Shown: positions 18,451 through 26,311, counted from the stretch's first letter. The stretch: 64,000 nucleotides of DNA from an uncultured delta proteobacterium (GCA_963811325.1 CAWEQT010000001.1:1429859-1493858); one strand, 5' to 3'. The notes: generated from the letters alone by a model not told the origin. Translations and numbers: made by a program.

Positions 18451-20151
18451 ATGACAATGAGAAAAAGAATCGTAATAATCGGCGGATCGGCGGCAGGCCC
18501 CAAAGCTGCAGCAAAGGCCAGACGAATCGATAATGATGCCGAAGTCATTATCTTGCAAAAAGACTCTGATCTTTCCATGGCGTCCTGCGGTTATCCCTAT
18601 TACATCGGCGGATATTTTGATGACCGCAATATGCTTTTGTGTACTCCCACCGGAGTTGTACGAACCCCGATGTTCTATCTAAACGCCAAGGATATCGAGG
18701 CTAAAGTGAACACTGAAGTAACGGTTATTGATCGCAAAAACCATTCAGTCTCGTTTCGTAACCTTACCACAGGAGAAACCGGCACACATACCTATGACAA
18801 ACTAGTTATGGCCACTGGTTCGTATCCGCAGATGCCTCTTGTGCCAGGTCTGGATCTGGATGGTATTACAACATTGCAATCCATGAAAGACGCCGATTTT
18901 ATGCGTAAAGTTCGGGACGAAAAGAAAATCAAGAAAGCCGTCATAGTCGGAGGTGGCTTGATAGGCATTGAAACCTGTGAAGCCCTGCAATTGGCCGGGA
19001 TTGAAATCACAGTTATTGAACTTCTGCCTCAACTGCTCACTTTTCTGGATTGGGAACTGGCGAAACTTGTGGAGAATCACGTACGCAGTAAAGGAGCAAA
19101 TGTAATCACCGATAACGGCATTGCCGAATTTCTGGGCGAAAACGGCAAACTGACGACGGTTAAACTGCAAAATGGTACGGAATTGCCCTGCGAATTGGCT
19201 GTTGTAGCTATTGGTGTTCGTCCTAACGTTAAACTGGCGAAAGAAGCGGGTCTTAAAATCGGCAGGTTGGGCGGCCTAAAAGTTAATAAATATATGCAGA
19301 CATCCGATCCGGACATCTACGCGGTGGGCGACTGTATTGAAACTGTCAATCGCATTACCGGCAAGAAGGTGCTCGCCCCTTATGGTGACTTAGCCAATCT
19401 TCAGGGACGCGTGGCAGGTGAAAATGCCGCTTCGGAAAATTGCGTTACATTCCCTGGAACAATTCAAACCGGCATATGTAAGGTTTTTGATTATGCAGCT
19501 GGCTCTACCGGACTATCCGAAAAGGCAGCGAGAAAATCCGGCCATTCAGATATTATTACCGTGATTAATGCCAGCCCGGATAAGCCCGGATATATGGATG
19601 CGAAACTGATAGTGACCAAACTTGTCGCTGATAAGAAAACAGGTAAAGTGCTCGGTGCGCAATGCATCGGTCCCGGTAATGTCGGGAAGCAAATTGCCCA
19701 GTGGGCCATGGCCATTCATGGGAAATTAACTGTGGAAGATCTAATCAATGCTGATCTACCTTACGCGCCTCCTTTTTCACTGCCTATCGATCACTTTATC
19801 GCCACAGCGCATATAATGCAAAACAAAATGAAAGGCAGGATGAAGGGCATTAGCTGCAAGGAGGTCAAAGAAAAATTATCATCCAAGGAAAAACCTTTTA
19901 TTATCGATGTGCGGGGATCCGATGAATTTGAGCAAATGCGACTCGGTATAGGTGAAACTCTCATTCCATTGGGAGCGCTGCGCAAACGGATCAAGGAACT
20001 GCCTGAAGACAAAAACAGGGAAATCATCTGCTACTGTAAGATTTCACTGCGCGGCTATGAGGCGGCATTGGTACTGGAAGGAAATGGTTGGAAGAATGTG
20101 AAAGTTATGGAAGGCGGCGTCATGGCCTGGCCATATCCGAGGGAAAAATAA
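18451..20151 (+). CDS. CoA-disulfide/persulfide reductase-type FAD-dependent pyridine nucleotide-disulfide oxidoreductase with C-terminal rhodanese domain (CoADR-RHD)
   Basis: The N-terminal dinucleotide fold is IVIIGGSAAGPKAA. The single redox Cys sits in SMASCGYPYY. A second Rossmann fold reads VIVGGGLIGIE. The C-terminal rhodanese has active-site Cys ICYCKISLRG. Confidence 0.85.
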   Translation: MTMRKRIVIIGGSAAGPKAAAKARRIDNDAEVIILQKDSDLSMASCGYPYYIGGYFDDRNMLLCTPTGVVRTPMFYLNAKDIEAKVNTEVTVIDRKNHSVSFRNLTTGETGTHTYDKLVMATGSYPQMPLVPGLDLDGITTLQSMKDADFMRKVRDEKKIKKAVIVGGGLIGIETCEALQLAGIEITVIELLPQLLTFLDWELAKLVENHVRSKGANVITDNGIAEFLGENGKLTTVKLQNGTELPCELAVVAIGVRPNVKLAKEAGLKIGRLGGLKVNKYMQTSDPDIYAVGDCIETVNRITGKKVLAPYGDLANLQGRVAGENAASENCVTFPGTIQTGICKVFDYAAGSTGLSEKAARKSGHSDIITVINASPDKPGYMDAKLIVTKLVADKKTGKVLGAQCIGPGNVGKQIAQWAMAIHGKLTVEDLINADLPYAPPFSLPIDHFIATAHIMQNKMKGRMKGISCKEVKEKLSSKEKPFIIDVRGSDEFEQMRLGIGETLIPLGALRKRIKELPEDKNREIICYCKISLRGYEAALVLEGNGWKNVKVMEGGVMAWPYPREK

Positions 20152-20293
20152 ACACTAAAAAGAAAGGAGGCATTGATGTATGGCTGAGGAAATCAAGGCC
20201 GGATGTGCCAGACCCACAGGCGGACCGGTCGGAGAAAAAATCGACGTCAAAAAAGAAACCAGTCAGCAAACATCGATCAAGGAGGTCAAAACA

Positions 20294-20902
20294 ATGGTTA
20301 CTGTCGGTAAAAAGGCACCGGATTTCACTGCTCCGGCATATCACAAGGGGAAATTTATCTCTGTTCAATTGTCAGAATTTCTTGGCAAATGGGTTGTTTT
20401 ATGTTTCTATCCCGGAGATTTTACATTCGTCTGAGCTACCGAAATCTCGGCGGTCGCCGAGAAATATCCCGAATTTAAAAAACTGGGCGTTGAAGTTTTA
20501 TCCATGAGTGTCGACAGCGTCTTTGTTCATAAAATGTGGAATGACCATGAATTGTCCAAGATGGTCAAAGGCGGGATACCATATCCCATGCTTTCTGACG
20601 GTGGCGGTAAAGTTGGAAGCATCTATGGAGTTTATCTGGAAGAAGCTGGCGTGGAAGCAAGAGGAAGATTTCTGATTGACCCCGACGGTATTATTCAGGG
20701 TTTTGAAGTGCTCACTCCGCCGGTCGGACGTAATGTCAGCGAAACTTTCCGGCAGCTACACGCCTTTCAGCATGTGCGCAACAGCAAAGGAACCGAGGCC
20801 ACACCATCCGGCTGGAAACCGGGCAAACCCACGCTAAAACCAGGTCCCGATTTGGTGGGCAAGGTTTGGGAAGTCTGGAAAACTTCCATGGCTTTTGATT
20901 AA
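20294..20902 (+). CDS. Selenocysteine-containing peroxiredoxin (AhpC/Prx1 family; UGA 20432-20434 read as Sec at the peroxidatic position)
   Basis: Track ORFs 20180..20434 and 20504..20902 are in the same frame. The joined sequence reads [17 protein letters not shown]... versus the universal FYPxDFTFVCPTE. Downstream Prx homology continues ([30 protein letters not shown]). ATG 20294 lies 8 nt after AAGGAGG. A SECIS-like hairpin follows the UGA. Confidence 0.8.
20446..20461 (+). promoter_or_regulatory. Bacterial SECIS-like hairpin (CUCGGC-GGUC-GCCGAG)
   Basis: A 6-bp GC-rich stem with a GGUC loop starts exactly 11 nt after the in-frame UGA. As I recall, the E. coli fdhF minimal SECIS has the same 11-nt spacing and the same GGUC loop sequence. 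Confidence 0.65.
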
Positions 20903-20963
20903 AAATATGAAACAATCGGCGGGCGTTATAAAACTATGCTTCCGTCGACTGCATTAAAACATT

Positions 20964-21644
20964 TTAGTCGCCTTGAGCAAGCTCTTCTATTGCTTTTCTG
21001 TTAAGAATAGTGATCACACGACCATCCACGGCAAGGATTCCGTCGTTGCTCATTTTTCTAAAGGAACGGGAAAGAGCCTCGGGAGTAGCACCAAGAATTT
21101 TGGAAAGCTCTCTATGAGAGATAGTCAATTCCAGTTTATTTTTCTTTTCACCCGCATCATTGCGAAGAGCATGGAGAAGAAAAGCTGAAAGCCGTTCGGG
21201 TACTTCCTTCAATGCCAGAGATTCTATAAGCGTCATGAAATCCTTGAGACGCTGTGAAAGTATCTGAATGATATTGAGAAGCAACGCCGGTTCTTTTTTG
21301 GCAATGGCTTCCATAAACTCTCCGGGGATGATCAATACCGCGCTTTCTTCAATGGCCATGGCACTGGCGGGAAAGGAATCCGTAGCAAAGGCTGTGCACA
21401 AGCCGAAAGGATCACCCTGACCTAAAAGAGATAAAGTCTGCTCCCTGCCTTCGGCAGAACTCTTGGAGAGTTTTAGCTGGCCGGAAATCACGACATAAAA
21501 TGACCGGATCGGATCTGCCTCGCCGATTACTAATTCGCCAGGCTTGAATTTTTTATATATCGCCCGTGATGCCAACAGCTTTAAATTTTCTGCTGATATG
21601 CCTCTAAACAGGGAGACATCTTGTATTTGTTTAATAATGTCCAT
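20964..21644 (-). CDS. Crp/Fnr-family transcriptional regulator
   Basis: The cNMP-binding-type N-terminal domain reads LFRGIS...FKPGELVIGEAD...FYVVISGQLKL. The C-terminal HTH is SHRELSKILGATPEALSRSFRKM, with the E--SR recognition motif. There is no N-terminal Cys cluster. Confidence 0.9.
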   Translation of the reverse strand: MDIIKQIQDVSLFRGISAENLKLLASRAIYKKFKPGELVIGEADPIRSFYVVISGQLKLSKSSAEGREQTLSLLGQGDPFGLCTAFATDSFPASAMAIEESAVLIIPGEFMEAIAKKEPALLLNIIQILSQRLKDFMTLIESLALKEVPERLSAFLLHALRNDAGEKKNKLELTISHRELSKILGATPEALSRSFRKMSNDGILAVDGRVITILNRKAIEELAQGD

Positions 21645-21663
21645 GGTAAATTTTTCTCTTAAG

Positions 21664-21681
21664 CATTGATCTAGATCAATG
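21664..21681. promoter_or_regulatory. Perfect 18-bp palindrome containing an FNR-type box TTGAT-CTAG-ATCAA
   Basis: The sequence is cattgatctagatcaatg. It lies in the divergent crp/fnr-trxA intergenic region. Its centre (21672.5) is ~40 nt upstream of a predicted TSS downstream of a TATAGT -10 element at 21700-21705. Confidence 0.7.
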
Positions 21682-21779
21682 ACATCTTGAAAAATAAAAT
21701 ATAGTTATAGAATTAAAAGAGGAAAACAATTAACACATAGAGAAAAGAAATAAAACAATTTTATCAGGAGGAAAGAAAA

Positions 21780-22115
21780 ATGAGTAAGCAGGAATTAGTA
21801 AAACATGCAGATGATAGTAATTTTGAGACAATGGTTTTAAAGGCCGATAAACCCGTTCTGGTAGATTTCTGGGCTCCGTGGTGTGGACCTTGCCGTGCTA
21901 TTGGTCCAATATTGGAAGAAGTGGCAGACGTTTATGGTGATCGGGTGAATATTGTGAAGGTTAATGTAGATGATAATCCTCAGATATCAGGGAGATACGG
22001 TGTTAGAAGTATTCCCACATTACTGATTATCAAGGATGGAAAGGTAACAGATACCACGGTTGGTTTGGCATCGAAGGACCAATTGACCGATCTTATCAAT
22101 CGGAATCTTAATTAG
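21780..22115 (+). CDS. trxA: Thioredoxin
   Basis: 111 aa with the motif DFWAPWCGPCRAIGP. AGGAGG lies upstream. Confidence 0.9.
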   Translation: MSKQELVKHADDSNFETMVLKADKPVLVDFWAPWCGPCRAIGPILEEVADVYGDRVNIVKVNVDDNPQISGRYGVRSIPTLLIIKDGKVTDTTVGLASKDQLTDLINRNLN

Positions 22116-22135
22116 TTGGAATAAGGTGAATAAAA

Positions 22136-22297
22136 ATGAGTGACATTCTTGTTTTTGTTATTATAATAGCGGTATGGTTTTTCTTGCAGGTATGGCTTTT
22201 ACTCAGGATGGGAGTTTCTACCTGAGTAAAACCTGCCTGTCCGGTCGAGGATAGGAAGAAAAGGAAAGATTTGCCAGAATCTAAAAGTGATCGGTAA
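22136..22297 (+). CDS. Candidate small membrane selenoprotein (53 codons if UGA 22223-22225 is Sec; otherwise a 29-aa membrane peptide ending at 22225)
   Basis: AAGGTGA lies 6 nt before the ATG. The translation is MSDILVFVIIIAVWFFLQVWLLLRMGVST-U-VKPACPVEDRKKRKDLPESKSDR. The frame stays open for 23 codons after the UGA. GGUC lies at +21..24 from the UGA, as in the Prx gene, within an imperfect bulged hairpin. Confidence 0.35.
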
Positions 22298-22344
22298 ACT
22301 TTTAACAAGTTTTAATTGTCTCATTAACCAGAAAGGAGATGTAT

Positions 22345-22578
22345 ATGAAAAAAAATATGGGAACCATCGACAGAACTGTAAGAGTATTGTTGGCCATTGT
22401 TGTTGGTATTCTTTATCTGACTGGTAACATTTCCGGCATGGCGGCGATTATTCTGGGCATACTGGCGGTCGTATTCATTTTGACAAGTGCAATCGGCTTC
22501 TGCCCTCTATATTTCCCCTTTAAAATTTCCACTATCGGTAAAAGCGACGGCATAGAAATAAAAAAATTAAATAATTAA
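22345..22578 (+). CDS. DUF2892 (YgaP-like) small inner-membrane protein
   Basis: MGTIDRTVRVLLAIVVG...LTSAIGFCPLY is the DUF2892 signature. ATG 22345 lies 6 nt after AAAGGAG. Confidence 0.8.
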   Translation: MKKNMGTIDRTVRVLLAIVVGILYLTGNISGMAAIILGILAVVFILTSAIGFCPLYFPFKISTIGKSDGIEIKKLNN

Positions 22579-22609
22579 AATTCAACCATAAAGACTTGAG
22601 AGGGATATA

Positions 22610-22714
22610 ATGGATTCGCGCCAATATGGCAGGTGTTATAAAAAAGCATATGGTCGGCGACTGCGTCATGCCCTGCGAGGATATATTTGCGAAAGTTTTC
22701 ACGAGATAATATGA
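22610..22714 (+). CDS. Possible 34-aa basic peptide (speculative)
   Basis: GAGAGGGA lies 4-5 nt upstream of the ATG. The translation is MDSRQYGRCYKKAYGRRLRHALRGYICESFHEII. It falls below the track length cut-off and matches no family I recognise. Confidence 0.2.
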   Translation: MDSRQYGRCYKKAYGRRLRHALRGYICESFHEII

Positions 22715-22882
22715 TATATTATTAAAAAATATCACTCTTGTGAAATTTTTCTCTCTGAAAAATGTTTTATGGACTTTATAAGAAATTATTATTGAAGTAA
22801 AAGTTCATAATCTCCGATAAAGGTTATCTATGCGTTTAACCTTACTTTGTAAATGGACAATCAAAACATAGAGGTCGAAGGC

Positions 22883-23092
22883 ATGAAAGTTATTGTTGAC
22901 CGTGATTTATGCGAAGGTATCGGAAATTGCGTGGCCATTGCCCCCGGCGTTTTTGCACTGGATAAACAAAACAAAGCAGTTGCAACACATATTGAATCCA
23001 TCAGCCAGGAAAAAATCAGAGAAGCGGCTGAAAGCTGCCCACTGGATGCTATTATTCTTCAGGACGATCAGGGCGAGCAGATTTATCCTTGA
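22883..23092 (+). CDS. Small single-cluster ferredoxin
   Basis: MKVIVDRDLCEGIGNCVAIAPGVFALD...ESCPLDAI has the CxxGxC...C(P) layout of [3Fe-4S]/[4Fe-4S] mono-cluster ferredoxins. ATG 22883 lies after AGAGGTCGAAGG. Confidence 0.8.
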   Translation: MKVIVDRDLCEGIGNCVAIAPGVFALDKQNKAVATHIESISQEKIREAAESCPLDAIILQDDQGEQIYP

Positions 23093-23112
23093 ATTCAAAT
23101 CTTAATCCCTAT

Positions 23113-23128
23113 ATTGACAAATGTCAAT
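23113..23128. promoter_or_regulatory. Perfect palindrome ATTGAC-AAAT-GTCAAT overlapping a -35 element upstream of nifS
   Basis: It has TTGAC-N4-GTCAA symmetry. TTGACA (23114-23119) plus 16 nt plus TATATT (23136-23141) forms a plausible sigma70 promoter. Confidence 0.4.
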
Positions 23129-23229
23129 CCTCACTTATATTATAATAACTATAGAAATAACCTGGATTATTAAAATTTAAATAAAAAGGCGTTTCCCCGC
23201 AATGTCAAATCGAAAGAGAGGTGTTAAAG

Positions 23230-24420
23230 ATGACAAAAGTTTATCTGGACCATTCTGCCGCGGCTCCCTTATTGCCGGAAGTCAGAGGAGCCATGATGCC
23301 GTATCTGGGTATGGATTTTGGCAATCCTTTATCTTTACATGACTGGGGCGATGCTCCCAGAGATGCACTGGAGGAGGCACGGGGGCAAGTGGCGGAGTTA
23401 ATCGGAGCGGCAAATCCTGAGGAAATAATTTTCACCGCCAGCGGAACGGAAAGCAATAACTTTGCCATCAAGGGATTGGCTCTGGCCCAACAAAATAAAG
23501 GAAAGCACATCGTTATCTCAGCGATCGAACATTTCTCAGTAATGAATTCGGCGAGGTTTATGGAAAAGCTGGGATATGAAATCAGCGAGGTACCGGTAGA
23601 CAAAAAAGGTCTGGTAGACCCGGAAAACGTCAGAAAAGCTATTCGTCCTGATACCGTCCTGGTTTCGATTATGCATGCCAACGGCGAGGTTGGAACGATC
23701 CAACCGCTAGCTGAAATATCCGGAATTACCAAAGAAAAGAAAGTGGTATTGCATACCGACGCGGTGGCCACATGCGGTACAATTCCAGTCAATGTAAAAG
23801 AATTGGGCGTCGACGCATTGAGTTTGGCGGGGAATCCGTTTTACGGACCGAAAGGCAGTGCGGCGTTGTGGATCAGGCGGGGCATACGGATACTGCCGCT
23901 TTTGGACGGCGGAATTCAGGAAGGAGGACGCAGAGCAGGAACAGAGGACATTGCGGCGATCATTGGAATGGGTAAAGCCGCCCAAATAGCGGCACGTGAG
24001 GTGGCGGCAAGAGGGTTGAAATTGACACAGATCAGAGATAGTTTAATTAATGGTCTGCCGGCAAAAATTCTGCATGTGGTAGTGACCGGAGATCTGGTAA
24101 AAAGATTGCCCGGACATGCCAGTTTCTGTATTGAATTTATTGAAGGCGAGGCGATGCTGATGCTGTTAAACAGCCAGGGAGTGGCGGTTTCCAGCGGCTC
24201 TTCCTGCACATCAAGAGCACTGAAAGCATCTCATGTCCTGCTGGCAATGGGTTACAACCATGAAATAGCGCAAGGTTCGCTGTTATTTACAATGGGAATT
24301 CAAAATAAGCCAGAGGACATCGACCACGTTCTAAATGTGATGCCGCCTATCGTGGAAAGGCTCAGAGAGATGTCACCCGTTTATTCAAAATTTATTAAAG
24401 CCAATAAAGGAGGTCAGTGA
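23230..24420 (+). CDS. nifS: Cysteine desulfurase, NifS type
   Basis: [18 protein letters not shown], the PLP-Lys region and the active-site loop SSGSSCTS are present. ATG 23230 lies 8 nt after AGAGAGG. Confidence 0.9.
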   Translation: MTKVYLDHSAAAPLLPEVRGAMMPYLGMDFGNPLSLHDWGDAPRDALEEARGQVAELIGAANPEEIIFTASGTESNNFAIKGLALAQQNKGKHIVISAIEHFSVMNSARFMEKLGYEISEVPVDKKGLVDPENVRKAIRPDTVLVSIMHANGEVGTIQPLAEISGITKEKKVVLHTDAVATCGTIPVNVKELGVDALSLAGNPFYGPKGSAALWIRRGIRILPLLDGGIQEGGRRAGTEDIAAIIGMGKAAQIAAREVAARGLKLTQIRDSLINGLPAKILHVVVTGDLVKRLPGHASFCIEFIEGEAMLMLLNSQGVAVSSGSSCTSRALKASHVLLAMGYNHEIAQGSLLFTMGIQNKPEDIDHVLNVMPPIVERLREMSPVYSKFIKANKGGQ

Positions 24421-24421
24421 G

Positions 24422-24907
24422 ATGCCGGTATATAGCGAAAAAGTGATGGATCATTTTATGCATCCGCGCAACGTGGGTGAGATCGAAAATGCCGATGGCA
24501 TCGGAGAAGTCGGCAACCCGGTCTGCGGAGATATGATGACTTTTTACATCAAGGTCAAAGACAATCGTCTGGAAGATGTCAAATATAAGACTTTCGGCTG
24601 CGGCGCTGCTATTGCCGTTTCCAGTATGGTGAGTGAAATGGCCAAGGGCGCGACTATAGAAGAAGCTCAAAAAATCACTCCTGAATCAGTCGCCAAGATG
24701 CTGGAAGGCCTGCCTAAACAGAAATTCCATTGCTCGAATCTGGGCGCCCAGGCTTTGAATAAGGCTATTGACGATTATTTAGTTAAAACCGGAAAACTCA
24801 AGGCAGAGGATAGTAAATGCTGTCCGTTCTGTGATCATGAAGATAGTGAAAATGATCCAGTCTGTAAACAGGGATGTCAGGTCAATCTTACGGAAAAAGT
24901 TTCCTGA
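24422..24907 (+). CDS. nifU: NifU/IscU-type Fe-S cluster scaffold with Cys-rich C-terminal extension
   Basis: HFMHPRNVG...NPVCGDMMTFYIKV...FGCGAAIA...HCSNL carry the three scaffold Cys. The tail is CCPFCDH...CKQGC. Confidence 0.85.
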   Translation: MPVYSEKVMDHFMHPRNVGEIENADGIGEVGNPVCGDMMTFYIKVKDNRLEDVKYKTFGCGAAIAVSSMVSEMAKGATIEEAQKITPESVAKMLEGLPKQKFHCSNLGAQALNKAIDDYLVKTGKLKAEDSKCCPFCDHEDSENDPVCKQGCQVNLTEKVS

Positions 24908-24963
24908 TATGAAATGTAATCACCGGAGACAGTTTTATTGTACAGAATGAAGGAGGAATCACT

Positions 24964-25446
24964 ATGGAGGAAAAAGAAAAATTTACTTTGGTATTATTTA
25001 GCGGGGACTTGGATAAAGCCCTGGCAGCCTTTATTCTGGCTACCACAGCCGCCAGCATGGGTATGGAAGTAACCATGTTTTTTACCTTCTGGGGATTGAA
25101 TGTAATTAAACGTAATGAGGGTCCGATAAAAAGCAAGGGACTCATGCGTAAGATGCTGAATATCTTGAACCGGGGCGGGTACAGCCGTTTGAAGTTATCT
25201 AAATTTAACATGTTGGGAATGGGCACATTGATGATGAAAAAGCTGATGAAGGAATCCAAATATCCTTCCATTGATGAATTTATTGAGATGGCGAAAGAGA
25301 TGGGTATTAAAATGGTGCCTTGTTCAACTTCTTGTGGAATCCTGGGCCTGCCTGATGACGCGTTTACCGATGGAGTGATGAGTCAGGCCGGAGCAGCCTT
25401 TTTCCTGGCACAAGCCAGAGAGTCCAGGACAACTCTGTTTATATAA
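24964..25446 (+). CDS. DsrE/DsrF-like family sulfur-relay protein (COG2210 type)
   Basis: FTLVLFSGDLDKALAAFILATTAASMGMEVTMFFTFWGL and the C-terminal VPCSTSCG are typical of this family. Confidence 0.75.
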   Translation: MEEKEKFTLVLFSGDLDKALAAFILATTAASMGMEVTMFFTFWGLNVIKRNEGPIKSKGLMRKMLNILNRGGYSRLKLSKFNMLGMGTLMMKKLMKESKYPSIDEFIEMAKEMGIKMVPCSTSCGILGLPDDAFTDGVMSQAGAAFFLAQARESRTTLFI

Positions 25447-25459
25447 TAAGGAGTAATAT

Positions 25460-25693
25460 ATGCAAGCTGATGAATCATTGGATTGTTTTGGATTGATGTG
25501 TCCGATGCCGATCATAAAAACGGCCCAGGTTTTCAAGAAGATGAAGGTAGGTCAGGTACTGGAAATAGTTGCGACCGATAAGGGCATCAAACAGGATATG
25601 CCGGCATGGTGCAAAACCACTGGAAATGAGTGTCTGGCCATCGAAGATAAAGGCGAAGAAATTAAGGTTTACGTCAAAAAAACAAAAGAATAG
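25460..25693 (+). CDS. tusA: TusA/SirA-family sulfurtransferase
   Basis: LDCFGLMCPMPIIKT is the conserved CPxP active site. The protein is 77 aa. Confidence 0.85.
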   Translation: MQADESLDCFGLMCPMPIIKTAQVFKKMKVGQVLEIVATDKGIKQDMPAWCKTTGNECLAIEDKGEEIKVYVKKTKE

Positions 25694-25873
25694 CGGAGTG
25701 TTCCAGTTTAAAATTGCATTAACACCATTTCTAAACCAAAGCGCTATTTTTATTGGCGGCAAAGTCCGGCGTATGCCTGGGTCGTTGTTGGCTTCCTCAA
25801 CGTATTAACAATACGTCTCGTCACATACGCCTAACCTCCTCAATATCATCTTTGATTTAGAATTGTATAACAT

Positions 25874-25916
25874 AAAAAAAAAGCACTCCAGTATGATTTC
25901 TCATAAACGGAGTGCT
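25874..25916 (-). terminator. Rho-independent terminator of the cold-shock gene
   Basis: On the minus strand the stem AGCACUCC...GGAGUGCU is followed by U9. It lies 24 nt after the csp stop codon. Confidence 0.7.
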
Positions 25917-25939
25917 TAAATTTTCAGTTTTCAACAAAA

Positions 25940-26140
25940 CTAGACGGGTTTGACGTTTTCTGCTTCCTGGCCTTTTTTGCCCTGGACAACATCAAAACTA
26001 ACAAGCTGGCCCTCATTTAGCGTCTTGAAGCCGCTGGCCTGAATTGCACTGAAATGCACAAAAACATCGCCGCCGTCTTCTTTTTCGATGAAGCCGAAAC
26101 CCTTGCGTTCGTTGAACCACTTTACTTTACCTTGTGACAT
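25940..26140 (-). CDS. cspA: Cold-shock protein (CspA family)
   Basis: [33 protein letters not shown] carries the RNP1 and RNP2 motifs. Confidence 0.95.
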   Translation of the reverse strand: MSQGKVKWFNERKGFGFIEKEDGGDVFVHFSAIQASGFKTLNEGQLVSFDVVQGKKGQEAENVKPV

Positions 26141-26311
26141 AATGCTTATCCTCCTTTCTTAGAATTTCCAAAAGTCGAACTAGCACGATGACAGAACTAA
26201 AAAAAACCACCAAGACCCTAAAGTACCTGGTGGCTAACCTATGTGCTTCAAAATGTCTAAATTCAACTCTTTCCTTCGCATCTTTATTTCTAAATAACCG
26301 AAGTTGAAAAC

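Noticed and set aside
20180-20293. N-terminal 38-aa extension of the peroxiredoxin ([15 protein letters not shown]...)
   Set aside because: AAGGAGG lies 8 nt before ATG 20294. Starting there, the protein aligns from its first residues with AhpC/Prx N-termini. The extension has no SD and no Prx homology.
22108-22308. 66-aa minus-strand ORF covering the trxA-DUF2892 spacer
   Set aside because: It has no SD, is antisense to a plus-strand ORF with a good SD and a TM helix, and runs against the orientation of the whole cluster.
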